Assembly (NCBI RefSeq): GCF_964355755.1
Contig: NC_092671.1
Coordinates: 23,200,070-23,264,069 of the forward strand
DNA from: Antedon mediterranea
Taxonomy: Eukaryota > Animalia > Echinodermata
Length of the DNA stretch: 64,000 nucleotides
Direction: 5' to 3'
A model generated the notes under the pieces. The model did not search any database. It was not told the DNA's origin and saw nothing but the letters and a program-made list of their open reading frames with translations. The translations under genes were made by a program, and so were the position numbers. Shown piece by piece: positions 1 through 13,700 of the stretch; positions within the stretch are counted from its first letter, which is position 1, and each line of letters opens with the position of its first letter.

Positions 1-808
1 GAATCTTTAAACAATGCACTGCAGTGGAGTAAAGAATGGATGTTGGCTTTTAATAAAAGCAAATGCATGGTGATGCACTTTGGGCATTCAAATGTTCATT
101 TTAAATACCAAATAGATGAAGTTGAACTGGAAACAGTTGAGAAAATAAAGGACCTAGGAGTACTAATTACTAATGACTGTAAACCAAGCCAACACTGCGC
201 CAAAGTATCTCAGCGGGCCATGAACTGTTTAAGAAGCATCAGAAGGACTTTCGTATATATGGATAAGGATTGTTTTAACGTCATCTACAAGCATTATGTA
301 CGCCCACATCTCGAATTTTGTGTTCAAGTATGGAATCCGTATCTTCAAAAGGACATAAATGTAATTGAAAGAGTACAACGTCGTGCGACTAAATTAGTTC
401 CATGTATCCGTTCATATTCATATGAAGATCGTTTAAAGTTTCTTGGCCTAACAACCTTGTATGACAGAAGAATTCGAGGTGACCTGATTGAAGCATATAA
501 AATTGTTAAAGGTTTCGAGGGTGTAGCCAAGGATGACTTTTTCCAAATGAGAAGTAACATTAGCAGAATTACTCGAGGGCATCACCTGAGATTTTTCAAG
601 CCTACTTTCCATAAAGGATTGAACTGTAGAAGACATACCTTCTCGCAACGAGTAATAAACCATTGGAACAGTTTACCAGCTGACGTTGTCAATTCTGAGA
701 CCGCTAATACCTTCAAGAATCGCATCGACACAATGTAGTTGATATGGGGTTTAAAAAGGCACATCGCCTAAACTTTCCCATTATAACTAAACTAAACTAA
801 ACTAAACT
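1..808 (+). mobile_element. 3' end of CR1-group non-LTR retrotransposon (RT C-terminus, 3'UTR, (CTAAA)n tail)
   Basis: ORF 40-738 has CR1-type motifs (VRPHLEFCVQVWNP, IERVQRRATK, RGDLIEAYKI, TRGH, FSQRVINHWNSLP) and is followed by the tail actaaactaaactaaactaaact at about 786-808. Confidence 0.9.
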
Positions 809-3800
809 CATCTACTTTTTAATACTAAATACTAAAAGCTAAGCTTTTGTTGTGAAATAATAAAAGCTTATTGAAATTGAATAAAAAAAATAGTGTGGTA
901 CACATATATAGCCCACATCTTAAGGATGCCACCTAGATGTAGCCTGGTTTGTTTAGGCCTAAAACTAGGCCAACAATCTGCATTGTCCACTAAATAGTAA
1001 TAATACTACTAGCCTAGGCCTAGAAGTACCATTAACTCTTTTTTTTCTCAACAGAGGCCTAAGCACTACTACTAACAAAGAGTTTATAGGTCTAGCCTAT
1101 TGCTATTCTCACCTGTTTTGTATGGTTTGCTTGCAAATATTAATCATCTGTTTATAATTGTCGGTATGACTGCCGTTATTACACCCAGCATTATTAGCCT
1201 AGAGTAGTATGCTGCTGCCCCTCTCAGAACCATAATCATACACCATGTTGAGAAGGAAACAATTTTCATACAAGCATACCATCTTATTTTGCTGAAAATG
1301 TCCGTTTACAACGTTTGTTTAAGTAGCAAAATAAACCAAACTCCTCGACTCGCGAAGGATACATGCACTGCTGCACTCTGTGTGTTTTGGGGGTTTCCCC
1401 AATCTGTAATCATAATATGATTGGTGAAATACCCTCACATGGTACATATTTTTGGACGTTCTGGATAATTTTGAACATGTTTCCTTCGCGGGACCAAATC
1501 GCTCACGCCGATACATCGCGATGTATATCAAAATAGAGTACCTTCTAGAAATTCTAGACCCCTAACACTGGAACGAGATAAAACGATACGATTTATTGCT
1601 TATAGCCTATTATGAAGATAGATAGACACGAATGTGACAGCCCGATACCATGCATCAATAAACAAAATTCAAGTCTACAGTTTATTTTTTAATTTATCTC
1701 ATCATCCCGATCGAACAAACCCCATTTCATTTTATAATAAAAATATACAGAGATGAATTGGTCAGGGACTGATAAAGTAGGCTAAATAAGATTACGATAA
1801 CTGCAAGACTCAGCAGTCCCATGATCTCAAATAAAATAAATTTATCATAAACTATATATTTATTAAACAATTTTCACAATGACCCTACTCAAGTGAGGCA
1901 AATCTATCCATTTGTTTCACTGCTGAGGCCTTGGCCGAGTTTACACCTTTGGCAGGAATAGCTTCTGGTTCAAATGCATAACCATGACTTTCTGGTGTAG
2001 ACATTCCAGTTTTGTACTTGTTTATTTTCCAATAACCATGCAAAAAAATCTTTTTTTTCTATCTTAATTTGTATTACAGTAAGCCTACAGTATTTTATAT
2101 ATCATGAGGACCGAAGAAGCGACTCGTGAGAGATCTGAAACAGAACGAGAGGAGGAAAGCCAATACAAATGTTCATTATAAACTGAAATAAAATAAAAAT
2201 GTTAAATTTTTTTGTGCACCTTCACTTTAAATACAAAAATTGGGAAATAGAAAATAGAATTTATAAAAAAATTTATTTAAAAAATAAATAAAATACTATA
2301 TCATAATAATAAGGCTACTTTTTTCAAAATATTTTATATCATTTTAATTGATCTAATTGATCTACTGGTCAACCCATTGCAGAGTTATGACTCGGTAAAT
2401 GGTACAGAAAAGGCTAAATTATGCACTAAAAATTCATATTTAAGTTATAATAAAAAATTATAAAAGTATTACTAAAAATATTTTGAGACCTGTACAAGAA
2501 ATAATTTTCAAAATAATTGATACCAAAAAAGGTAGTAAAATCTGCCATTCGCAACCCTGAAAAAAGTCTCTACGAAAATGGTTTTTGGGCAATAACTCTA
2601 ATTTAATAATAATAAATATTGTACTTTTGATTGATTTTCTTATGTATTTTTTAAATAAATGATGGACGCATGAGCTGAGAATACTTCCATAAGTCCACCT
2701 GGTTTGGGATTTATGCATGGTCGCCAATTGCATCGATGATGACTTGCTGCCCGTGGTGCTCTTTTAATTGCTATTGTATATTGCATGCTCAATCAATTTT
2801 GCTAGCAGGGAAACGGCAGAGGATTACAAAACGCAGCATTCTTTTAAAGATTTGCCGTTCTATTTCATTTATGGTCAGCAGGTAAATATTGGTTTTATAT
2901 TTCATTTTTATAGCTGGTAAATTCTATTCTTGCTTTTTCAGATAGAATATACCATATAGTCATGGTCATACCATATAATGTCAGGAAAAAAGTTCCTATC
3001 CCAGGTCTTGGGCAAAATTGTTTACAGCACTTTTAAATTCTGGCCTATATAACACACATATTAACACACACAAATACCTATATGTCCCATTAAAAAAAAC
3101 AAACACGAACCACTGTCAAATTATTTTAGTTCACTTTTACAAACAGTGCCCAAACTGTTCACAAGTTGTCTGTGGTTAGTTTTTTTTCCTACGTACGCGC
3201 CCTTTTTTTTATCCGACTGACAGTCTTCCGATTTCTATAGCGACAAACATCGAATGACTCAGTACATTCTTGATTGACATTTTGAGGGTGTTCACTTTAC
3301 GTTTAAATATAACATAGAGTGAAAGTATACTATTTTGTCACATCCTTGTGCCTAGATACAGTAGACCTCAGAGATTTTTAATTTATTTAGCTTGTACCGG
3401 GACAATTCGGTTGAAGCACTGTTGCATCGTCAGTTCCCACTTGTGATTACCCAATACAGCACTTTGCGTCGTTGCGTTTGGCGAACTGAGTTGTCAAAAT
3501 AATAATTGGATATTAATTTTTTTTATAAATTTATTTTATATATTATATTAACATGGGCAATATCAATAAAGAATGTTATTAAATGGTAGTTCAAACACTT
3601 TTAAAAACTTGATAAATACCCAAAAATGTATATTGTAATAAAATTGCAGTCTAGATTCTTATTAAAATAGGGGTCCGTCCCCTTCAGGAAAATATGTGAC
3701 TTGAACCAGTTCTCACTCTCATCAGAACACATAATAACCAAAATAAACAAATACACGTGCAATATTTTGGGATGTCCTCGTTTTATTGTTTCCCCATATT

Positions 3801-3839
3801 GTGACCAACAGCAGAAAATGATTATATTAGAACGGGTGT

Positions 3840-4600
3840 ACCGACCAGCACACTACATAACCACTGACTAACTGTGTAACCACCAATGAATAAAGCAATC
3901 CTCAGTCGCAGGTATAACCCACCGGCTAATTGTTCAATCACCAATTAATAAATAACTCTCAATCAAAATGTAACCGCCAGTAAATAAACAGTCCTCATTC
4001 AAGGTGAAACCACCAGCTAACTGCGTAACCATCAGTAAATCAAGTACTCCTCAGTCAAGGTGCAACCACCAGCTAACTATGTAACCACCAGTGAAAAAAT
4101 AACCCTCAGGCAAAGCGTAACCACCGGCTACCTGTGTAACCACCAGGGAAAAAGTAACCCTCAGGCAAAGCGTAACCACCGGCTACCTGTGTAACCACCA
4201 GCTAAATATGTAACCAACAGTGAAAAAATAACCCTCAGTCAAAGCGTAACCACCGGCTACCTGTGTAACCACCAGCTAATTGCGTAACCACAAAGGGGGT
4301 AAGAGGAGATAAGGTACTCAATAAGTCTCCTATTCAACACGCAAAAAAAAGTGAATAGCGAAAGGTAACTGATATGTTGATCAAAGAACAAGTCCCAAAG
4401 AATGAGAAAAAAGAATATGTTATATGATTGGCTATAAGAATTGCAAGAGAATTGTTGAAGCGTTACCACGGCTAGGGCTAACTACGTAACCACCAGTGAA
4501 CAAGTAACCCTCAGTCAAAGCGTTACCACCGGCTACCTGTGTAACCACCAGCTAACTACGTAACCACCACGTAAGGTACTCCTTAATAAGCCTCCTATTC
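3840..4600. repeat. Degenerate minisatellite built on a GTAACCACCAG/GTAACCACCGG core, about 55-bp higher-order unit
   Basis: Repeated units such as cagtgaaaaaataaccctcaggcaaagcgtaaccaccggctacctgtgtaaccac, interrupted at about 4290-4460. Confidence 0.85.
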
Positions 4601-5209
4601 CACATGCAAAACATAGTTCATAGACCCATGTTACAACTGTATAATGCAAGTTTTTTTGTTTAAATAAGTATACAAGTTTGAGCTTTTTCACTATCTGTGA
4701 AAATGGCAAAAACATTTGAGAGAAATCCATTTTTGTACATCTGCCACCATATCTTTGATTCTTACAGACATTTTTATAAATGTTGTATTTTTTATTGTTT
4801 ATTATGTGCAATTTGGACCCCATTGGAAATGGGCTAGTTTTTTCCGGCCTAATGGGTGTTCCTGATGCTCGTTATTTTGTCTTTTGTCTGTATGTAATTT
4901 TAATGTTGAGCATCAAATAAATTCAATCAAACAGCTATTAAAATTGTATTCAATTATTTAAAAACATTGTTGATATGTATTCCAGAAAATCCACAGGTCT
5001 GTCAAAAACAGATATTAACCAAATAGTTTATAACTATTCTTAGTATACTACTGTTCAACTGGTCACTTACCGTACTAAAAGACAAATTGAAGTTAAGACG
5101 CAAAATGCATGTACATTAAACTATGAGCATAATTGTCAATTTATCTGTATTTTCAGTAAGAGTAAGTAAATAGGAAACAGTGTAGCTATAACTGTAAAAT
5201 AAGGCTTAC

Positions 5210-5385
5210 CACATGGGCATCTCCAAAAAATGCAGCTAAATCAAGAGGTGTTCGCCCACTTCTATCCATGTGGTTCACATTTGATTCTCGTTCTATCAAA
5301 GACATTACAACATGTATATGACCTTTTAAGCAACCCCAACAAAGTGCTGTTAGGCCTTCCTTGTCAACTGTTACTACTGACGCAC
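5210..5385 (-). CDS. TANC: TANC/rols-like exon 11 in window, ankyrin repeats ([23 protein letters not shown]...[19 protein letters not shown])
   Basis: Acceptor AG at 5386-87, donor GTAAGC at 5208-09; 176 nt, phase 1 to 0; TANC-typical ankyrin motif [10 protein letters not shown]. Confidence 0.92.
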
Positions 5386-5464
5386 CTGTTATATAAAAAG
5401 TAAACTCTTTTTAAAAGCTGTCTTCATAATATTTTAAAAACCAGCAAATATATAACAATTTTAC

Positions 5465-5813
5465 CTTTACTGAGTAAAATTTCCAGAACAGCAACATGTC
5501 CCTCTCCTGAAGCTATCATAAGGGGTGTGCGGCCATGTTTATCCACTTCTTCTAATCCTGCATGATTAAATAATAGAATGTCTACAACTTCCCAGTGTCC
5601 TTTACGAACTGCACAGATTAGTGGAGACATTTGGCTTTGGTTATGTGTTCTGACATTTGCTCCATGTTTTATGAGAAATTTACAGGTTTCAACTTGGCCA
5701 TTTGTGCAGGCTGCAGTGAGAGGGGTTTCTCCTAGTATTGTGTCCATTTGGTTAATGCTTACGAAAGTTTGACCATACATCTCATCATTCAAATCCAACA
5801 AAAACTGGCAAAT
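5465..5813 (-). CDS. TANC: TANC/rols-like exon 10, ankyrin repeats (ICQFLLDL...GETPLTAAC...GRTPLMIASGEGH)
   Basis: Lies within ORF 5424-5801; polypyrimidine tract plus AG at 5814-15, GT at 5463-64; 349 nt, phase 0 to 1. Confidence 0.93.
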
Positions 5814-5895
5814 CTTTAAAAAAAAAAATTAGTTTAATATGCAATCAGAAATACACAGAAATGTAATGAGAATATTCCGCCAAAATAACACTTAC

Positions 5896-6075
5896 ATTCT
5901 TGTGTCCCATTGCTGATGCTGAAACTACAGCTTGCTGGCTCACAATCTTTTTATTCAAATGAGGTGAATCTCTTGTTGACCAATCATACTGCAGGAGAAA
6001 TCTGACCACATCAAGATGACCTCTCTCAGCTGCAAGAACTACTGAACACTTTCGTTTTCTATCACAGTGAGTTAC
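5896..6075 (-). CDS. TANC: TANC/rols-like exon 9, ankyrin (VTHCDRKRKCSVVLAAERGHLDVVRFLLQYDW...QQAVVSASAMGHKN)
   Basis: Acceptor ttttgtag, donor GTAAGT; 180 nt open frame, phase 0-0; not reported in the ORF track. Confidence 0.92.
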
Positions 6076-6262
6076 CTACAAAACAAATAATCTTTGAACA
6101 TACAGTAGAACCTTCATTTTACATATGGCACGGGACCGAAAGACGTACGTAAAACACAGGATTTGTAAAATCCAGGTTGACCTTCAATTGACCCCCAAAT
6201 ACGTAGATCGTAGCTAAAAAGGCTGCCGTATTTACTTACTTTACTTACAGCATGCAGTGGTC

Positions 6263-7211
6263 GGGTGTCACGAAACCTAAGATCACTATTTTGTTCCTGT
6301 GGAACGCCAAAAGAGCAAAAACTATGTGGAATCCATTTATATAACTCATTTTTTGGTGAAAATCATGTTCAATTCAATATATTCTGTCACTGTCAATACA
6401 AATAAAATGTTACTGTTGATAATTCACACGGTTTCGTTAACTTTAAGATTAAAATTTACAAATTCATCATATCCCCTTAGGTCGCCCTTATGACTACTGT
6501 AGGCCTTGGGTAAATAGTTATGCTGATTTTAAAATCGATTAATATTCTTTGAAAATAGAAAAGTATCAGCAGTAACATATTACAGCATTTTTATTGACAA
6601 ATTGACAAAATATATTGAAATTAAACGTGCATTTCACCAATAAATGCATTAAATGTAGACGAGACAAGTTTTTAGCCCTCTATTATTGTTGCTCTTTCGG
6701 CGCTCCATAGAAACGAAAATATTGAATATTGAGTATGCGAAAGTGTGCGACAAAAAGCATGTCTGTAAAATCACCAATCTTTATTTATCAATAATACCAA
6801 GTATTTATTTGTTACTTTTTATGTGAATCTCTTTCATGGGAGGCCGATTTCTAAGGTATGGTATTCAGGATAAAGTTAGTTGAATTAATTTGGAGTCAAA
6901 ATACAATGCAAGTGCGAAAGGGAAACAACCCCTGAAACCAACGCAATGGAGTAAATATATATCAACAAACAAATCGTCAAGTTTGTTTGTTGTGAAAAGG
7001 TATATATTTACTCAACGGGCGAAAATATTGTGAGTTTATTTCTGTTTGTGGTAAGTATTTAATTAAAAGCATTAATAATATAGATAAACAATTATTGTTT
7101 TTAAGCTTTCGTATATCTTAGAATTTGTAATCTTAGATCTTGGGTCTTAGTTTTCAGGATCTTAGGTCTTAGGGGGTCTTAGCTTTCGTGATCTTAGGTT
7201 TCGTGACACCC
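6263..7211. mobile_element. Non-autonomous Mutator-like DNA element, 24-bp TIR, 10-bp TSD
   Basis: TIR GGGTGTCACGAAACCTAAGATCAC at both ends; TSD TGCAGTGGTC at 6253-6262 and 7212-7221; TCTTAG subterminal repeats. Confidence 0.88.
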
Positions 7212-7383
7212 TGCAGTGGTCACTAGCTAGGCCTAGATAATCTACAGCTGTGGGCTAGACCTAGCTAGCTAAGTGTGAAGCCCAGCTGTGAGGCATAACT
7301 AGAAAAGTATATGCAGGCTATGCGATGTTTAAATAAAGTAAAAAAATCAAAGTTCTTGTATTTTCTATCAATAAATAAAAGCA

Positions 7384-9453
7384 GTCGCTGCTGTAGGAGG
7401 AATACATGCATGTGGCTTGTCTCACAAGTTATGGATTTTTTGTTTTTAAACAGCGTCCTCAATGTAAGAAAATAACACTATGTAAATAGATTTGAACCTG
7501 TCACTATGGACGAGTTAGGTTATCCGCAGCGCAAACGCCATGTGCACGTCATACGTTAGAATATTGCGCACAGAAAAACAATTATGCCATTGAAAAAATA
7601 TTAGTGTGCTCTCTATTTTGTGTCACGTCTAATAATCCGGGAGCCCATGAAGATTTGTTTAGCATTGCGAATACAAAAGGTCTGAGGCATAGAATATGTC
7701 AAGTAGGGTCCTGGGACCATCAAACGGCCGTTCTTAAGTTCCCGCCCCTGTACCAACTCTAGGGAGAGGCAATCAAAATACCCCAAAATTTGATTTAATT
7801 AGCATAATCGAGTACATAAATGAAACCAATGTTAAAATGTTTATTTTTAGGGTCTAATTGAAGATCCGTCATTCTTAAGTGTCAACTCCTGTACCTAGTC
7901 CACTTAAGAAAGCCACTAATTAGCGCTAATTAGCATTTTAATTAGTATAATCGAGTACATCAATATAACCTTCAGCAATACAATAAGAACGTTTAGCCAA
8001 CCAAGAAAACGTAATTCTTAAGTGCCAAATCCTGTACCATGACTCCTTAAGAAAGAGTCAAAGGTCAATGTATGTCCCACCCGGACTTAATTAAAATAAT
8101 GAGTACACATGTGAAACCAATGCTAAAATGTTTATTTTTAGAGTTTATTTGAAGATCTATCATTCTTAAGTATCAACTCCTGTACCTAATCTGCTTAGAA
8201 AGTAATTAATTAGTGGTCATTAAAAGTAGCATGATCAAGTACATCGATGAAACCTTGGAAAGTACAATAAGTAAGTTTAACCAACTGAGAAAACGTAAAG
8301 TGCCAAATCCTGTACCATGACCCCTTAAGAAAGGGTCATAGGTCAATGTATGTCCGACCTGAACTTTAATTAGCATAGTGAGTAGTACATGGGTTCCGGC
8401 CGGTTGCCACGTGGCCTTTTGCCGTCGCTGCTGTAGGAGGAATACATGCATGTGGCTTGTCTCACAAGTTATGGATTTTTTGTTTTTAAACAGCGTCCTC
8501 AATGTAAGAAAATAACACTATGTAAATAGATTTGAACCTGTCACTATGGACGAGTTAGGTTATCCGCAGCGCAAACGCCATGTGCACGTCATACGTTAGA
8601 ATATTGCGCACAGAAAAACAATTATGCCATTGAAAAAATATTAGTGTGCTCTCTATTTTGTGTCGCGTCTAATAATCCGGGAGCCCATGAAGCTTTGTTT
8701 AGCATTGCGAGTACAAAAGGTCTGAGGCATAGAATATGTCAAGTAGGGTCCTGGGACCATCAAACGGCCGTTCTTAAGTTCCCGCCCCTGTACCAACTCT
8801 AGGGAGAGGCAATCAAAATACCCCAAAATTTGATTTAATTAGCATAATCGAGTACATAAATGAAACCAATTTAAAATGTTTATTTTTAGGGTCTAATTGA
8901 AGATCCGTCATTCTTAAGTGTCAACTCCTGTACCTAGTCCACTTAAGAAAGCCACTAATTAGCATTTTAATTAGTATAATCGAGTACATCAATATAACCT
9001 TCAGCAATACAATAAGTACGTTTAGCCAACCAAGAAAACGTAATTCTTAAGTGCCAAATCCTGTACCATGACTCCTTAAGAAAGGGTCAAAGGTCAATGT
9101 ATGTCCCACCCGGACTTAATTAAAATAATGAGTACACATGTGAAACCAATGCTAAAATGTTTATTTTTAGAGTTTATTTGAAGATCTATCATTCTTAAGT
9201 ATCAACTCCTGTACCTAATCTGCTTAGAAAGTAATTAATTAGTGGTCATTAAAAGTAGCATGATCAAGTACATCGATGAAACCTTGGAAAGTACAATAAG
9301 TAAGTTTAACCAACTGAGAAAACTTAAAGTGCCAAATCCTGTACCATGACCCCTTAAGAAAGGGTCATAGGTCAATGTATGTCCGACCTGAACTTTAATT
9401 AGCATAGTGAGTAGTACATGGGCTCCGGCCGGTTGCCACGTGGCCTTTTGCCG
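7384..9453. repeat. Near-identical tandem duplication of about 1.04 kb (7384-8423 and 8424-9453)
   Basis: Both units start gtcgctgctgtaggagg and end gtggccttttgcc; a few substitutions and one 10-bp indel. Confidence 0.95.
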
Positions 9454-10730
9454 GCCTTTCGCCACCCGGTATTTCGACACCGGCCCATTTCCACCCAGTC
9501 CATTTTGCAACTCGGGCTTCTGCCACCCGGCCTTTTGCCACCCGGCCTTTTGCCTCCTGATCTGAGAGTGTTATTTGCCATTCTTAATTAGGCCTGCAAT
9601 TTAATTAAAATGAACGCACTTAAGATTAAAATGTGTATATCATTTTATAATTAATAAATTGCTTTTCTATGGTATAGACCCAGATGTTTAAAGTTTTCAG
9701 ATAATTGTTAAAGTAGACCACCTTGTTTACCACTTAATTTGTATTTATTCAAATAATTAATGTATACAATTTCGTTACTGATTTCATGAGGACAAAAGCC
9801 TATGATATACAGAATCTTCAATTGACTGTCACAAAACAATTCGTAAAAACAACTGTTTAATTAACATTGATCAGTAGCATTTCCACTGGATGAGAATATA
9901 GGGCCTAATGATCTATATATCGTGATATTAGATTTTTAAATCCTACGATCTTGTATACCATCATTGGGGACAGATGGTTTAATGAATTGGCTCCCCCAGT
10001 CACAAATAATTGTACTGAGAGCGGGGAAAACTATAGACCTATATATTCGCCCAGACGCTACGCGCCTTTGTAGCAAGCACGCCAGTTTGCAGCAGGCCGG
10101 GTGGCAACAGGCCAGTTGGAAACTCTGCATGAATTCATCTACAATTTATCTTCTTACATAAGTTAAAAAAATTGAGGATCACCTTCGATCCTGAAGAGCT
10201 ATAATAGATTAAAAATTGCCGTTATTTTGACAATATTTTATAACTTTTTTAACTAAAACACGCACAAATGGTCTAAATCAACTAGGAAAGGCTGTAAAAG
10301 CATAATTCAAGAGAAAAACACATGATTTTCATGCTCTGTGCGCACCATACGCGTACATTTTTTCACGTGCGTGGGAATTTTTAACATACTCAAAATGTCA
10401 TGATCAGCGTAGAAATTTTATTAGAAACTAATTTTTCGCATTTTGAAATTTTAAATGCGCGTGCGCGCGTAACTTTTTGTGAAACATGCCATTTTTAATC
10501 CATAGAAAGTTTGCCCTTGATATGACTTAAATTTTCACTAAGTGTCAATACAAAATGACTTTTGGTTTATAATCTATGATCAATCATTGAAATTCATAAA
10601 ATGAGGTCATTCAAAAATAGAAGGTGCACAAGTTCACATAAATGTCGATTTGTTGACAAAGTTACGATATGTTCTGTTTACACGTTTTAGAGAAATGTAA
10701 CGCACAAAAATGACAGAAGGAAAGAAGTAA
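7485..10730 (-). mobile_element. Helentron/HINE-type element(s) with internal ~140-bp repeats, partly duplicated and interrupted
   Basis: The end at about 7485 (and 8525) matches the family end at 10731 and 55461 (gacgagttag-ttatccgc). Repeated units cttaag..cctgtacc..taattagcataatcgagtacat. 10130-10730 matches the other end region of the family. Confidence 0.6.
9421..10125. mobile_element. Probable Mutator/foldback-like element with repeat-structured, degenerate TIRs
   Basis: Left end carries tandem gccacccggccttt motifs; right end carries the inverted gccgggtggcaacaggcc; no TSD found. Confidence 0.4.
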
Positions 10731-13700
10731 TAGACACGAATCTTGTCACTATGACGAGTTAGTTATCCGCACCACAAACGCCGCGTGCACGTCATACGTT
10801 AGAATTTTGCACACAGAAAAAGATTATGGCATTATGACCTGATCTGGACGTGTGTCGCTGAGCTATCTGCAAGACCCCTCTATTTTCCTTATTTTGGTTG
10901 TTTAACTTTTTGATGTGTCTTATTTATCGATTACTATCACTGCTTGATGTTTTAGATGATATTTTGATGAATTTTGATGGATTTTTGTGCTTGTACATTC
11001 ATAATTTAGCCGTTTTTGTGCTTGTCGCCGGTTTGGTCGTTTTTTTTTTTTGGAGACAGTACGGGTACGCAATGACAAAGGAACTGCATATACAGGTGGA
11101 GGTAAACAATAGACCTGCTTGTATGCATACCGGTAGCGATTCTCGGCCTAGAAAACGACAAAGAAGGAAACGCGGAGGTGTTAAGCTAAGAAGGAAAATT
11201 GATACAAGGATAAATTTTCGTTCAGTAGAAAATACGGTGATCAAAGGTCGTAATATTGGAAATTTGATCCCATGCAACACAGGGGATTTAGCTGCACCGA
11301 CAATCATGTATACGAATGCGTGGTCATTAAAGAATAAAGCAGACAAATTTCACTGTACCTTAAAGAAACATAATGTCGATGTAGCGATAGTCACTGAAAT
11401 ATGACTAACGGAGGAAACACAAGGTATAGTTAACTTTTGCGATTATAAAGGCGTTTTTAAAAACAGAACTGATAAAATCGGCGGTGGCGTAGTATGCTTT
11501 GCAGCGGACCACCTGGAAATCCATCTGATTGTTACGCATACTAATTGCAAATTCAAATGCCTATGGTTAAAAATTAGCTATCGCTCTACACAGAACAGCA
11601 AAACATGTTCTATATATATAGGAGCTATTTACTACCCGCCATCTGCTAACTACAGTACCCCAACCAACTTTTAGAGCATGCTGGAAATGTAATTGATAGT
11701 ATTTATGGAATGGATAGATCGGCAAATGTCATAGTACTTGGTGATTTCAACCATCTAAACACTACCTATATGCAATCCGAATTAGGTCATAGCGACCATT
11801 GTTGTATACTATTGAAACCAATTCAAGTTATACCTACCTCTAACTACACCACTTGTATTATCCAACCGTATCGTAACTAGTCGGTTAGATTATTTGGATC
11901 ATGGATCACTGCCCATGACTGGTAACCGACAACAAAACCGATAAGCCGTGGATGGCGCCAAGAATCAAGAGATTGATTGTAGAACGACAGTTGGCCTTTT
12001 CTAGTAACCATACCCAACAATGAAGAATGAAATGGAACGCCTTACAAAGAGCAATTACGCACGCGAAGGAGAAGTTTTATGCGACCTTATTAAAGTGTCT
12101 AAAAAGCAATAGCCCTGCTAGATGGCACAAAGGAATCGTGGATCTCTGCAATCTAAAGAAAAAACGCTTTATCATCCCTGGTCTATCAACGCAAGTGACT
12201 GTTGAAGTAATTAATCAACATTTTGCCACGATTTGTAGAAAATTTTCCGCTCTTGACATTACAAAACTACCAAATTACTTACCTGCATCGGAAACGCCAC
12301 CCGTTATCTACCCAGGACAAGTAAAATCTGCAATCCATAAGTTAAACGTACAAAAAGCAGGACACCCAGAAGATCTACCAGTCAAATTAATTAAGGAATT
12401 CTCATTTGAACTCTCTTATCCATTAGCGGACATTTTTAACTCTTCTTTAAATGAAGGTAATTTTCCTAAACAATGGAAAAAGGCTACTATAATACCAGTT
12501 CCTAAGGTTCCAGACGCTAATAATTGTAATGACCTGCTAGCGGTGGGTAACTAATGATATAAAAGATTCTTTAGATAGTAAGCAATTTGGTTGTCGTAGA
12601 GGCTCGTCAACTTCACACTACCTCGTAGACCTGATAAATTCTGTTGTATCTGACCTGGAGGAGGGTAGTAAATATTTAAACTTATGTGTTGTACTTTACC
12701 AAGGCTTTCGATCGTGTGGATCATAATGTTGTCATAAATAAATTAATATCCATAGGAGTGAGGCCGTCCATTCTTCCTACCGTTTGTAGTTTCCTCTTAA
12801 ATCACACATGCAATACCAAAGTTAAGGGAGCCACCTCTTCTAATTCTAATATTACTTGCGGGGTGCCCCAGGGCACTAAGTTGGGCCCCCTTCTCTTTTT
12901 GGTGTTAGTCAACGATGTTGCTGAGGGAACTGACAGACGGTGGAATTATGTGGACGACCTCACTCTCTTAGTAAAGTAGTTAGAAGTAATGATAGACAAT
13001 TGTTGCAGGACACTTTAAATCAACTTGATGATTGGTGTTTGATAAATAGAGTTCTTGCCAGGCCATCCAAGTGCAATGTGATGCGTATTTCCTTCCTAAA
13101 GTCCGACTGTCCTCCTCCCAGTTTCAATCTAAATGGCCATGATCTTATATGTGTAAATCACATGAAACTGCTTGGTGTCACCTTGCAGAATAACCTTTAA
13201 TGGGATATGCATATTCAGGGTATCGTTGCTAAAGCCTGTCAACGTTTGTACACTTTGATTATACTTAAGAAAGCCGAGGCGCCTTCTAAAGATCTACTAC
13301 TGTACAAGTATATACCTATATACGTCCTTTAGTTGAATATGATTGTCCTGTGTGGCACAGTTCAATTACGAAAGACCAAACTAAGCCAAAAAAGAGCTCT
13401 ACGAATCATTTATGGCATTAACTATGTATCCTACGAGTCTGCTCTTAAATTGTCAGACCTTCCATCGCTAGTTAACAGAAGAGACCAACAAGTCTGATAC
13501 ATTTAGAAGCATTCTTCCCCCTGTTCGTGACATTAGCAGAACCCTGAGGTCTAGATGTAAGCCTTGACTCGAAATCCCGTTTGATTGTACGGAGAGATTT
13601 AGATCTTCACCAGTCCCTTTCTTAGTCCGACTCAATAATGATGATGTTTCAACAAATATTGAATAGGCTGGAACTATTTAACTTACCAGTGGAAAAATGT

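Noticed and set aside
1-5209. Remaining TANC ankyrin and TPR exons
   Set aside because: No matching exon was found; they probably lie beyond the left edge of the window.
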